Positions 18,243 through 27,869 of a DNA stretch of 64,000 nt are shown here, one piece after another. Under the pieces are notes generated by a model. The model was not told the origin of the DNA. It searched no databases and saw only the letters and a list, made by a program, of their open reading frames with translations. The DNA lies in NCBI GenBank assembly GCA_016872385.1, contig VGZV01000001.1, positions 22,114 to 86,113 on the forward strand, given 5' to 3'. The position numbers were made by a program, and so were the translations under genes. The stretch comes from SAR202 cluster bacterium (GTDB lineage Bacteria; Chloroflexota; Dehalococcoidia; Lucifugimonadales; UBA3495). How positions within the stretch are numbered: the stretch's first letter is position 1; every line of letters begins with the position of its first letter.

Positions 18243-19385
18243 ATGGTAGAAGTGTACTGGTTCTCAGAGCAGCCCTATGGCCACATCACCGATGAAGACC
18301 TGGCTCCCTATGAGTCGGGACGGATGCACTTTCCCAACAAGAATTTTGACCCGCAGAAAGCCCAAGTGCTGTACCAGAACTACCACGACCAGTACGCCTG
18401 GGCCGACGAGATGGGTTTCGACGGTATCATGTCCAATGAGCACCACAGCGCCTACTGGTGCATGAAGCCTTCCGTCAATATTGACGGCGCGGTTATTGCC
18501 AAGGTTACCAAGCGGGCCAAGATTGCCCTGCTGGGCAACGTCATCGCCCTCAACGACCCGGTGAAAATGGCCGAGGAACTGGCGATGCTGGACTGCATCT
18601 CCGGCGGGCGGCTAATTTCCGGATTTGTGCGGGGCACGGCAGTGGAAACCCTGCACGCGGGCATCAGCCCCACGGAGAACCGTGACCGGTTTGAAGAGGC
18701 CCACGACCTGATTATCAAGTGCTGGACTACTCCCGGCCCCTTCCGCTGGGAAGGCCGCTACTTCCCCCACCGCATGGTCAACCCCTGGGTGCTGCCCATC
18801 CAAAAACCCCATCCGGCCATCTGGTTCCCGGGCACCGGCAGTCCAGAGAGCGTCATCTGGGCTGCCCAGCACCAGTACCCGTACATGAATCTGGGTGCTT
18901 TGCTGGACCTGACCATTCAGTTGAAGGGGATTTATCAGGAGACTGCCCACGAAATGGGGTACGATCCCGGCCCGGAGCACTTTGGCTACTTGATGCGGGT
19001 GCTGTGCGCCGACACCGACGAGCGGGCATACGAAATTGGCAAGACCTTTTTGTGGACCCAGACCCACCGGCAGCGCGGCCCCATTGAGTTCAACGATCCG
19101 CCAGGCTACCAGTCCCGGGAGGCCCTGCGCATCAAGATGACCCGGCCCATGATTGGCACCGGCACCATTGGCCGGCAGATGACTTACGACGATCTCCAGG
19201 CGGCTTACAACATCGTAGTGGGTAGCCCGGAAACCGTCATCAAAAAGCTGCGCCACGTCCGCAAGGAGCTGAACCCTGGCTACATCCTGATTTATGGCAA
19301 CGAGGGCTTGATGCCCCACCAGGATGTGATGCGCTCCATCGAGTTGCTGGGCAGCAAGGTAATTCCGGCCATTAAGGAAGACTAA
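18243..19385 (+). CDS. LLM-class flavin-dependent oxidoreductase (luciferase-like monooxygenase)
   Basis: 380 aa. FDGIMSNEHH and the overall LLM pattern. Confidence 0.75.
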   Translation: MVEVYWFSEQPYGHITDEDLAPYESGRMHFPNKNFDPQKAQVLYQNYHDQYAWADEMGFDGIMSNEHHSAYWCMKPSVNIDGAVIAKVTKRAKIALLGNVIALNDPVKMAEELAMLDCISGGRLISGFVRGTAVETLHAGISPTENRDRFEEAHDLIIKCWTTPGPFRWEGRYFPHRMVNPWVLPIQKPHPAIWFPGTGSPESVIWAAQHQYPYMNLGALLDLTIQLKGIYQETAHEMGYDPGPEHFGYLMRVLCADTDERAYEIGKTFLWTQTHRQRGPIEFNDPPGYQSREALRIKMTRPMIGTGTIGRQMTYDDLQAAYNIVVGSPETVIKKLRHVRKELNPGYILIYGNEGLMPHQDVMRSIELLGSKVIPAIKED

Positions 19386-19416
19386 ATATCTGGCATTCCC
19401 TGGCGGTTATGATGGT

Positions 19417-19455
19417 GCAGGGGCGGGTCTGAAATCCGCCCCTGCTGTGTTTATT
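19417..19455 (+). terminator. Rho-independent terminator after the LLM gene
   Basis: 10-bp stem GCAGGGGCGG / CCGCCCCTGC, 9-nt loop, followed by TGTGTTTATT. Confidence 0.75.
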
Positions 19456-19510
19456 GACGTTCACCTCCGACTTGAAGGCATCTCACGCCTATGGTATTCT
19501 GTAACAACGT

Positions 19511-19587
19511 CGGGGCGTAGCGCAGCCCGGTAGCGCACCTGCATGGGGTGCAGGGGGTCGCCAGTTCAAATCTGGCCGCCCCGACCA
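19511..19587 (+). tRNA. tRNA-Pro (anticodon GGG), CCA encoded
   Basis: Acceptor CGGGGCG/CGCCCCG. Anticodon stem CCTGC/GCAGG with loop AUGGGGU. T arm GCCAG-TTCAAAT-CTGGC, then a terminal ACCA. Confidence 0.9.
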
Positions 19588-19610
19588 GTCTCCCTGACCC
19601 GGCAGAATCA

Positions 19611-19646
19611 AGAGGGGCCGCCCGTAAGGCAGCCCCTTCTTTTTTG
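19611..19646 (+). terminator. Rho-independent terminator after tRNA-Pro
   Basis: AGAGGGGC ... GCCCCTTCT hairpin followed by TTTTTT. Confidence 0.6.
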
Positions 19647-19697
19647 CCTTTTGTGGCCCGCTGCGGGGCCAAGGCCAGCCACGGTCCTGATGTGGCG

Positions 19698-21434
19698 TTA
19701 CTTCAAGACTATGGTGTGCAGGGCGGAGGGGTACACCCCCAGTGGGTAAGGGCTCCAGCTCACCACTCGCGGCCCTACGCCCCAGGGGATGTTCACGTAC
19801 CCAATGCCCAACTGATAAGACTCCTCACGCAGGCGGACCATCAGCTTTCTGGTGGCCTCCGCCCGCTGCACGGGGTCAATGGTCTGGGTTGTCTCCTGGG
19901 ACATGCGGAAGATTTCCGGGTCCCCATGCAGCCGGATGTTGCTCTTGGCGTCGGCAAAGCTGGTGACCAGGGCGCCGGTGGCATCCTTGCGGGTCTCGTT
20001 GTCCCGCCAGATGATTTGCCCGTTGAGACTTCCTGCGGCCCACGCCGATCTGATGGCAGTGCTGTCGCCAACCTTTAGTTCCACATCAAGGCCCAGTTCC
20101 CTCCGCCAGTACTCGGCAGCCAGTTCCGCCGCTTCCACCTGGAAGGGCATGGAGCCGGAAGGATAGCTGTTCACAATGAGCTTGCCAAAGTCCTTGCCGC
20201 CCGGATACCCTGCTTCGGCCAGTAATTGACGGGCCTTGTTGGGGTCAAAGGGCCAGGGGTCTATGGCAGTACTGTAGCCAATGGTGCTGGGAGTCACGGC
20301 GCCGTAGCCCTTGGCCTGGAACACCTCGGGTCCGCCGTACAGCCGGTCCCGGATTATCTCCTTGTTGACCGCATAGTCCAGGGCCTGTCGCACGGCCTTC
20401 TTGTTGCAAGGGAACTTGGTGTCAAAGCAGCCTATCAGGGGCACCCACACAAATACCCCCTGCTGTCCAAATATTAACCGTCCGCCATCGGTTTCCACCT
20501 GTTTCCTGGTGGTCAGGCTGGCTGGCACAATATCTGCGCCGCCCGCCCGCAGCGCCGCCACACGGGTAGCCTCCTCGGGCACTATCTGCAAGTCCAGGGT
20601 GCGGAAGTTAGGCCGCTTGTCCAGGGGCAAGCCATTCTTGGGCTGGAAGTAAAAGTCCTCAAAGCGTTCCAACTGCATGGATGCCGCCGGAACGTACTTG
20701 ACCAGCTTCATTGGCCCAGCGCCAATGGGGTTCTTGTCGTACGCCGCTTCCAGCGCCTCGTCATGCACCGTGGGCCGCTTGGGAGATATGTGGTACCAGG
20801 AGGTGCTGGCCTCCGAAACCAGTACGCCGAAATCTGTCACCGGGATGGTGGTGGATAGGGTTACTTTGTCGGTCCCGGCCAATTCAATCTTGCCTGCCGA
20901 ACGAGACAACCGCAGAGACGACGGGGCAATGGCGTAGTTTACGGCATCTGGCCCGAAGTGGTGCTGCAACGACCACTGCACGTCTGCGGGGGTTACCTCC
21001 GTGCCGTCATGGAATTTGACTCCCTTGCGAATGGTGAAGGTCCAGGTCAGGCCGTCTGGGGAGAGGGCCCATTGGGTGGCCATGCCGGGCACCAGTTCTT
21101 TCTTTTCGTCGTCGGAGATAAGAAACCCATGCACCACCCGGCCGTAGTTAAGCCCTGCTGGCAGACCAAGTTGGAAGGAAGCGTCGAACCGTTCGTTGGC
21201 CAGGCTGCCCATCATAATGGTCAGCTTGCCGGGGTGCACTACCGGCGCGGCTGGCGCGGCGGTGGGCTTGGGCGCAGCAGTGGGAGTGGCAGCGCCTCCG
21301 GCCGAGGGTGGAGGGGTAGCAGTGGGTGCAGGCTGCGGCGTGGCAGTGGCCGCGGCTCCGCACGCTACCGCCAGCAGCATTAGTCCCAAGATCAGCCCAA
21401 GGGTCGGCACATGCCAGGTGGTTGACTTGCTCAT
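19698..21434 (-). CDS. ABC transporter substrate-binding lipoprotein, family 5 (peptide/nickel, DppA/OppA-like); no cognate permease or ATPase adjacent
   Basis: 578 aa. Lipobox LLAVAC, a Pro/Ala/Thr-rich linker, then an SBP_bac_5-like body. Confidence 0.85.
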   Translation of the reverse strand: MSKSTTWHVPTLGLILGLMLLAVACGAAATATPQPAPTATPPPSAGGAATPTAAPKPTAAPAAPVVHPGKLTIMMGSLANERFDASFQLGLPAGLNYGRVVHGFLISDDEKKELVPGMATQWALSPDGLTWTFTIRKGVKFHDGTEVTPADVQWSLQHHFGPDAVNYAIAPSSLRLSRSAGKIELAGTDKVTLSTTIPVTDFGVLVSEASTSWYHISPKRPTVHDEALEAAYDKNPIGAGPMKLVKYVPAASMQLERFEDFYFQPKNGLPLDKRPNFRTLDLQIVPEEATRVAALRAGGADIVPASLTTRKQVETDGGRLIFGQQGVFVWVPLIGCFDTKFPCNKKAVRQALDYAVNKEIIRDRLYGGPEVFQAKGYGAVTPSTIGYSTAIDPWPFDPNKARQLLAEAGYPGGKDFGKLIVNSYPSGSMPFQVEAAELAAEYWRRELGLDVELKVGDSTAIRSAWAAGSLNGQIIWRDNETRKDATGALVTSFADAKSNIRLHGDPEIFRMSQETTQTIDPVQRAEATRKLMVRLREESYQLGIGYVNIPWGVGPRVVSWSPYPLGVYPSALHTIVLK

Positions 21435-21665
21435 ACACCTCTCCTGAACAAAGTTTGCCAGAAGGATACACTAGCGCCAGCGCAGTGGCAATATGACAAC
21501 ATTTGAATGCCCTGGCTTATGTATTTCACCAAGCCATTTCTAGCCATTGTACCGGACTCACTGCATTCTTCATGGCCGCCCCTGGCTGCGTCGGCGATTT
21601 CCAGCCGCCATGTTCCGTTGCGCCAAGGGCCACCTGATGGGTGGCCCCTTTCTTCCCCTTCTTTT

Positions 21666-21766
21666 TGTTAGAGCCTGTGCTGAAAGTGCCCGATCATGCT
21701 TCGACAAGCTCACCATGAGCGAGAGAAAAGCGCTCATACTGGGCTTGTCGAAGGGTGGGCGCTGGT
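21666..21766. repeat. C-type repeat (degenerate)
   Basis: GCCCGATCATGCTTCGACAAGCTCACCATGAGCGAG...GGCTTGTCGAAGGGTGGGCG. Confidence 0.7.
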
Positions 21767-22003
21767 AGTGCACAGCGCTTTTTGAACACGCGCTAGTACT
21801 ACGGCAGTAAATTTGCCTGTCCTGTTGTGTCATGTCCCTGAACTCCCGTTTATCCACAAACGTTGGTATGATGCCGATTTACTTGGGTAAGTGCCATGTC
21901 AATAATACGTTTTGTATATCGTTTTTACGGTGTGGATGCAATTTTTCTTCATAACAGGAGTGCCAAAAGCATTGCACCAGCTTGACCGTGGAGGGTAGAC
22001 TAA

Positions 22004-22031
22004 AGTGAATTTTTAGTGATAAAAAGTGAAT
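22004..22031 (+). promoter_or_regulatory. Three helically phased direct repeats AGTGAAT / AGTGATA / AGTGAAT upstream of the secreted repeat protein
   Basis: Copies start at 22004, 22015 and 22025 (spacing 11 and 10 nt) in an AT-rich segment. They end 26 nt before ATG 22057. Confidence 0.4.
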
Positions 22032-22056
22032 AAACGGGGAGGAGTCGGAGTAGGCT

Positions 22057-24975
22057 ATGCGCGTGACCTTTACGGCGCACTTCTTGTCTGGGCCGTGGTG
22101 GGCGGGAATCTTCCTGGGCGTACTGGCCCTGTTCCTGGCGGTGAATATCCGTGCCAGTGAGGCCATGTCTTGCCCGGCGGGTTCCACGGCTGGCGACATC
22201 GGATTTGGAGAGCACATAGCATGTTCCATTGATGTCGCAGGTGAACAGGATTTTTTCACATTCAGCGGGGTCAGCGGTGAAGCTGTGTACGTGCGGGTGG
22301 CCCGCACCAACCCATCGCCTCTGGTCCTGGAGGCCCGCATCTTCCGTCCGGACAATTCTTCCCTCTGCAACGGCACCACCGCTTCCTTCAGCGATACGGC
22401 ATGCGTGCTTAACGTGACTGGCACATTCAAGATAAGGGTTTCCAATCCCGTCTCCAGCGCCACTGGGCCATACGTGCTTTACCTGCAAAACTTGACCACC
22501 CCAGTGAACGCTGCCGCCGCCAGCTATGGCGACAACTATCCGGGCAATCTTGCTGCAGGGCATGTGGCAGCTTTTACGTTCAGCGCTTTGGCGGGAGAGA
22601 ATATATTCGTGCGTTTTGCCCAGGCAGCGCCTTCGGCCTCTCTGGACCCCGAATTCAAGATTTACGGATCCGGCGGCGTCGCGCCGGTTACTCTTCTGGG
22701 GCAGGACTGCAAACGCTTCTCCTCCACCAGTGCCTTCAGAGACTGCAATATTGATGTGGATGACGCCTACACTGTGCTGGCCTTTGACCACAACGCCAGC
22801 GGTTCCGGCGATTACGTCTTTTACCTTCAGAACGAGAGCCATCGGCAAAATACCACGGTCACTACCTTTGGACAGAACTACTCGGGAATCCTCGGCCCGG
22901 GCCAAGTAGCCGACTTCACCTTCACCGCAGCTGAGAATGAGGCAGTTTACGTGCGATTTGCCCGCGCCGCCGCTTAGGCCAGCTTTGACCCGCAGTTGGA
23001 GTCCTACGATGCCGACGGCGGCTGGTTTTGCGACGGCTTTGGCGCCCACTATGCGGTGCTGGGCTGCACCATCGCCTACACCAACGGCACCCACACGGTC
23101 CTGGCCTTTGACGAAAACGGCTACCATGACGGAAGCTACGTTTTCTATTTGCAGCGGTTGAACGACCCAGTCAATGCCACGGTTTTGCCCTTTGGAGCCA
23201 CCTTGCCTGGAAGCATTGGCCCTGGGCAAGTGGCTGCCTATACCTTCAACGGAGTCGCCGGCCAGGAAGCCGATGTGGAAGTCATGGAGTCGGGGCCAAT
23301 GTCCCCGGAGTTTGAAGTGTATGGAGCCGAGACTTGGTGCTCCGTTTGGGACCAAAGTGTGGCCACACTTACTTGTCCCCTGGACAATGGTGTGCACACC
23401 ATCCTGGTCTATGACCATGTGGCGCATAACAGCGGTTCCTTTGAGATTACCCTTTGCCACACGGAGACTGGCTGTGTGGTGGCGGAAAATGCCAGCATCT
23501 CCTTAGTGAAAAAGACTAACGGCCAGGACGCCAACAGTGCGCCAGGCCCCACCTTAATTGTTGGAGACCCCATAACCTGGACTTATGAAGTCACCAATAC
23601 CGGCACGGTGACGCTCACCAGCGTCATGGTCAGTGATGATCAAGGGGTGGCGGTTAACTGTCCCAGCAATTTGCTTGCTGCGGGCGTATCCATGACTTGC
23701 ACCGGCAGCGGCGTGGCGGTAGCAGGGCCGTACAGCAATATTGGCAGCGTTACAGGCGCTCCGCCCGCTGGTGACCCGGTGGCTGCACAAGACCCAAGCC
23801 ATTACTTTGGCGTGAACCCCACGCACCTGAAGCTGGTGAAAGTGGTGGTGAACGACAACGGCGGCACTGCGGCGGCCACGGACTGGACCCTTTCTGCTGC
23901 TGGGCCAACGCCCCTGAGCGGGGCAGGGGAGGTGGAGGGCGACGTTGCGCCGGGCACTTATGCTCTTTCAGAGTCCGGGCCAGCCGGATATGCCACCACG
24001 GGGTACGATTGCGGGGCATCGGTGACCCTGGCGCTGGGAGAGTCGCGCACCTGCACCATCACCAACAACGACGTCCCGGCGCACCTGAAGCTGGTGAAGG
24101 TGGTGGTGAACAATAACGGCGGCGCTGCGGCGGCCACGGACTGGACCCTTTCTGCTGCTGGGCGTACGCCCATTGGAGGCGCGGGCGGCGCTGAGGGAGA
24201 TGTCAGCGCCGGTACTTACACCCTCTCCGAGTCTGGGCCTGGGGGTTACACCACCACCGGCTACGACTGCGGGGCGTCAGTGATCCTGGCGCTGGGAGAG
24301 TCGCGGACCTGCACCATCACCAACGATGATATGGTGCCTGATACTGCTAAGCCAGTCTGCACCATGACCGCGTACGCCACCGACCAAAACGGCAAGCGTT
24401 ACATTGAAATGTCGGTGCAGGACGCTCAGAGTGGTCTGTATAGCATTACCGTGCTGCACGTGGTCAACGCAGTAGTTACCGGTCTGACCGACCCCACCGT
24501 GGGAGTGCCCAACCTGATGGGCGGCACTACTTTGCCCGTGGCAGTTAGGGCCACCCAGATTAATCTTGGGCAGGGGCTTCAGTTGCAGTTCCTGGCCAAG
24601 GACGTGGCGGGAAACAAGGTTGCTTGTGATCCCATTGAAATCCCCATTGAACGGGGACGGGGGAAGCCGGTGACTGTTACCGTGACCGATGAGGTGCCCG
24701 GTTGCCCGGAGTGCGGCATCCCGCCAGGCACCGGGGTTGTTGCCATCATTCAGAACGGCGACCCGGGCGTGCTGCAACTGACGCTGGTGGTCAACCGGAC
24801 ATCATGGTCTTTGCGAGGGCTGGAAGCAAACGAGGAGCGAACCCTGGATATCTCGTCGGCCATCGCTGCCAAGGAGGCGGCCATCAACACTTTTTCGGTA
24901 ACCGTCCACGGCAAACCCTCCAAGGACGACGTGGCTAGGTCGGCGCTAATCACCATTCTCTGGCCCGCACCCTGA
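22057..24975 (+). CDS. Secreted or membrane-anchored multi-domain repeat protein (4 PPC-like beta-sandwich modules, DUF11-like domain, 2 prealbumin/SpaA-like repeats, C-terminal domain) with one in-frame TAG at 22975-22977
   Basis: Track ORFs 22057-22977 and 22996-24975 share one frame. The TAG sits inside module 3 (VRFARAAA-*-ASFDPQLESY versus VRFAQAAPSASLDPEFKIY in module 2). The N-terminus has a signal/TM segment. Confidence 0.8.
23824..24339 (+). repeat. Tandem duplication, 2 x 258 bp (86-aa domain HLKLVKVVVN-NGG-AAATDWTLSAAG...GESRTCTITN)
   Basis: Units 23824-24081 and 24082-24339 are largely identical at nucleotide level at both ends and diverge in the centre. Confidence 0.9.
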
Positions 24976-25007
24976 CCCAGACTGATATTCAGATTCGCCC
25001 AGCAACT

Positions 25008-25041
25008 GGCAGGCCGCCTATTGGGCGGCCTGCCTCTTTTT
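25008..25041 (+). terminator. Rho-independent terminator after the secreted repeat protein
   Basis: 11-bp stem GGCAGGCCGCC / GGCGGCCTGCC, loop TATTG, followed by TCTTTTT. Confidence 0.85.
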
Positions 25042-25134
25042 ACTTTGGAGCCTGGGCGAGTTGTGAGTCTACCCATCGCCCGTTTTGACCCGCCGTCTAT
25101 AATACCCTGCAGAGAAATTGCCGGAGCTGTCCCA

Positions 25135-25290
25135 GAGGGCGTGTGACAATTCCCGCTCGTGGTGAGTCCCGACGTATTGGGATCCCGACCAGGTCGGGGC
25201 TTGTCGAACCATGAGCGGGCTAAAAGCTACTCATCCTTCGACAAGCTCAGGATGAGCGGGCTGGGTAGACGGCATTTCCCACACAAGCTC
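25135..25290. mobile_element. C-type MITE, long subfamily, inverted orientation
   Basis: Reverse complement of the 12850-13005 copy, including the same 33-bp internal insert. Its end abuts the bicupin SD (TTAGGAGGT). Confidence 0.85.
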
Positions 25291-25305
25291 TTAGGAGGTA
25301 TTGAG

Positions 25306-26025
25306 ATGCCGCCGCTAATCAGGAATTACCGGAAAGTTTATCAGCCGGGCGGCCCCAGCGTGCGTCTGGTTTCGTTGGAAGACAATCCACCGACTTGCAC
25401 CATGACTTACTCGGTCATTGCACCGGGCAAAACCAGTTCCCACCACCTGCACCCCTGGGAGCATGAGGTATTCATCCTGGAAGGATCTGGTGCGCTGGTG
25501 TGCGATGGCAGAGAGTATCCCATCGCCGCAGGCGACGCCATGCTAATTCCGGCCAACGTAGACCACGTGACGCGTAACACTGGCCGCACTTCCATACGGC
25601 GCATCGAGGTCAATCCCCTGGCCGCTTCTCGTAACCCCAGCGCCGCCGTACAGGGCGTCAGGGGCACAGGCCAGCCGCCGGTAGTCCGCAACTTGCGCCA
25701 GATAGACCAGAGCGACGGCCCGGCCCGCCCAATACTTAATGCGGCGGATGGCGCGGTGAACTACATAATGGCCTTCCGCTCCCTGGACCCGGGCAGCGTG
25801 GCTCCCAACCACGTCCATCCCGCCGAGCACCTGGCCTACATGATGGAAGGGGGCTGCGACCTGGTGGTGGACGGCCGGGCCTATCCGGTGCAGGAGGGGG
25901 ACGCAGTCCTGGTGCAGCCCAACGCCGCCCACGAGTGGCGCAGCAACAGCCCCCGGCGGGCCGCCTGGCTGGTTTTAACCCCAGATAGCGGAACATTTAG
26001 ACCGCCAGCCTTGCCTCAAAAGTAG
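25306..26025 (+). CDS. Bicupin (two cupin_2 domains)
   Basis: HHLHPWEHEVFILEGSG...GDAMLIPANVDH and a second HVHPAEHLAYMMEGG...GDAVLVQPNAAH. ATG 25306 has an AGGAGG SD. The upstream part of the track ORF is MITE sequence. Confidence 0.85.
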   Translation: MPPLIRNYRKVYQPGGPSVRLVSLEDNPPTCTMTYSVIAPGKTSSHHLHPWEHEVFILEGSGALVCDGREYPIAAGDAMLIPANVDHVTRNTGRTSIRRIEVNPLAASRNPSAAVQGVRGTGQPPVVRNLRQIDQSDGPARPILNAADGAVNYIMAFRSLDPGSVAPNHVHPAEHLAYMMEGGCDLVVDGRAYPVQEGDAVLVQPNAAHEWRSNSPRRAAWLVLTPDSGTFRPPALPQK

Positions 26026-26037
26026 GGCTTTCGATAG

Positions 26038-26195
26038 TCAGTAACGTTTTGCACTCAATTAATGTCACCCTGAGCGGAGCGAAGCTCATTCTTTGCTCCC
26101 TTATATAAAATACAAGGGTCTAAATTTCCAGGATTTTAGATTCTTCGTCCCGATGCAATCGCGATTCAGGGTGATATTTTGGGCAAAGCCGCAGG
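26038..26195. repeat. Degenerate B-type element (inverted)
   Basis: TGTCACCCTGAGCGGAGCGAAG ... TAGATTCTTCGTCCCGATGCAATCGCGATTCAGGGTGATATTTTG resembles the 7369 and 34338 copies. Confidence 0.55.
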
Positions 26196-26214
26196 GCCGG
26201 TTCATTCTCTAATC

Positions 26215-26290
26215 GTTGGGGCGCACCCGTGTGGGCGTTCCCGGCATGGCCCTCCACCCAAGGGCAGACCCATGGGTCTGCCCCTACCCC
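26215..26290. repeat. G-type GC-rich hairpin repeats
   Basis: GGGGCGCACCCGTGTGGGCGTTCC and GGGCAGACCCATGGGTCTGCCCCTAC. Related to 53685-53712. Confidence 0.6.
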
Positions 26291-26394
26291 CGCCGAGGAT
26301 GAATCAACCCAGGTAAAGCCGCTGCTGGTATTGACAAGCCGTCAATTTATGCTAGTCTATGTATTCGCAATCAGTTACACTAACTGCCATTATT

Positions 26395-26844
26395 ATGAGC
26401 AACCAAGAACAAGTGATAGAGTCCTTGCGGGCCAGGGGCTACCGCTTGACCCCCCAGCGGCTGCTGGTGCTGAGCATCATTGCCGAAGGCGGCGGGCACA
26501 TGGGAGTGGACGAAGTATTCCAGCGAGCCAAGGCGGCCTACCCGTACATGGACATCGCCACAGTGTACCGCAACCTGCACCTGCTGAAAGGGTTGGGGGT
26601 GGTCACCGAGGTGGCCATTGGCGACCGCCTGCACTACGAGCTTACTGATCCCAACGGCCACCACCATCACATGGTCTGCCGGGTATGCCGGGGCGCTTTC
26701 AACCTCAGCCCCCATTACCTGGAGGAGTTCCGGCAGGTGTTGACCCGGGACTTTGGCTTTGAACCGGACCTGGACCACTTTGCCGTGTCCGGCGTCTGCG
26801 CCTCTTGCCACGCTGCGGGCGGGGAAGCGCAAGGGGCTGGATGA
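26395..26844 (+). CDS. Fur family transcriptional regulator (Zur-like)
   Basis: LRARGYRLTPQRLLVLSIIAE...VYRNLHLLKGLGVV...HHHHMVCRVCRG...C..C. The stop overlaps the SBP start (ATGA). Confidence 0.85.
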   Translation: MSNQEQVIESLRARGYRLTPQRLLVLSIIAEGGGHMGVDEVFQRAKAAYPYMDIATVYRNLHLLKGLGVVTEVAIGDRLHYELTDPNGHHHHMVCRVCRGAFNLSPHYLEEFRQVLTRDFGFEPDLDHFAVSGVCASCHAAGGEAQGAG

Positions 26845-27860
26845 CCATGCGTTGCAGGCTGCTTGGCGTCCTGGTTATGCCTTTGCTCATGGTCGTAGTG
26901 GGTTGCGCCCAAAGGCCAGCCCCTGCGTCCCCGACAGCCCCTGGACTGGGGCTGCAAGTGGTGACCACCGTATCTCCCATCACCAGCATTGTGGAGAACA
27001 TTGGCGGTGTACGTATTCATCTGGAAGGCATTGTGCCGGAAGGGACCAACTCCCACACTTTTGAACCTGCGCCCTCGGTGGCAGGGGCGCTTGCCAAGGC
27101 GGACCTTATCATTGTGAATGGACTGTTTCTGGAGGAGCCGACGCTGGCGATGGCCCAGGCTAACAAGAAGCCTGGTGCGGTAATTCTGTCCCTGGGCGAC
27201 GGGACCATCTCTAAAGACCAGTGGGCCTTTGACTTCTCCTTTCCAGAATCAGAAGGGCACCCTAACCCCCACCTCTGGCCGGACCCGCTTCTAGGCTTGA
27301 AGTATGCAGAACTGGTGGAGGCGGAACTGTCCCGGCTGGACCCCGCCAACGCCAATTACTACCAGGAGAACCTGGGCAAGTTCCGGCAGCGCATTGAGGC
27401 CCTGGATGCAGGCATTCGCGCCGCCGTCCAGACTATTCCGCCCGGCCGCCGCAAACTGCTGACCTACCACGATTCTTGGGCCTATTTTGCCCGCCGGTAC
27501 GGCATGGAGGTCATTGGCGCGGCCCAGCCCTCGGACTTCTCGGAGCCTTCGGCCAAGGAGGTGGCCGGCTTGATTGACCAGATCCGCCAGCAGCAAGTCC
27601 CGGCGGTGTTCGGTTCAGAAGTGTTCCCCAGCACGGTGCTGGAGACTATCGCCAAGGAAGCTGGGGCAAGGTATGTTGATGAATTACGGGACGACGATCT
27701 GCCTGGCGCGCCTGGAGATACCCTCCATTCCTACCTGGGCCTGATGCTGCAAAATATGGAAATCATGATTCCCGCCTTGGGCGGCACGGTGGACTCCTTA
27801 TCTGGCTTTGATGCCAGCCCGGTATTCTCCGGCGCCAGTCCGGCAATCTACCTGCAGTAG
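26841..27860 (+). CDS. Metal ABC transporter substrate-binding lipoprotein (ZnuA/TroA cluster 9)
   Basis: Lipobox MVVVGC. VVTTVSPITSIVENIGG and HPNPHLWPDP motifs. Confidence 0.85.
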   Translation: MTMRCRLLGVLVMPLLMVVVGCAQRPAPASPTAPGLGLQVVTTVSPITSIVENIGGVRIHLEGIVPEGTNSHTFEPAPSVAGALAKADLIIVNGLFLEEPTLAMAQANKKPGAVILSLGDGTISKDQWAFDFSFPESEGHPNPHLWPDPLLGLKYAELVEAELSRLDPANANYYQENLGKFRQRIEALDAGIRAAVQTIPPGRRKLLTYHDSWAYFARRYGMEVIGAAQPSDFSEPSAKEVAGLIDQIRQQQVPAVFGSEVFPSTVLETIAKEAGARYVDELRDDDLPGAPGDTLHSYLGLMLQNMEIMIPALGGTVDSLSGFDASPVFSGASPAIYLQ

Positions 27861-27869
27861 CTGTAAGTC

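Noticed and set aside
19511-21434. An integrated element at tRNA-Pro.
   Set aside because: There is no integrase or recombinase, no direct repeat of the tRNA 3' end downstream, and the flanking genes have ordinary composition.
22975-22977. TAG reassignment, pyrrolysine or systematic read-through as an explanation for the two in-frame TAGs (22975 and 52003).
   Set aside because: TAG terminates several well-defined genes in this window (glbO, the MmgE/PrpD gene, the M24 peptidase, the BNR protein, ureC). No pyl genes or PYLIS-like context is visible. The second TAG sits in a gene that also has two frameshifts.
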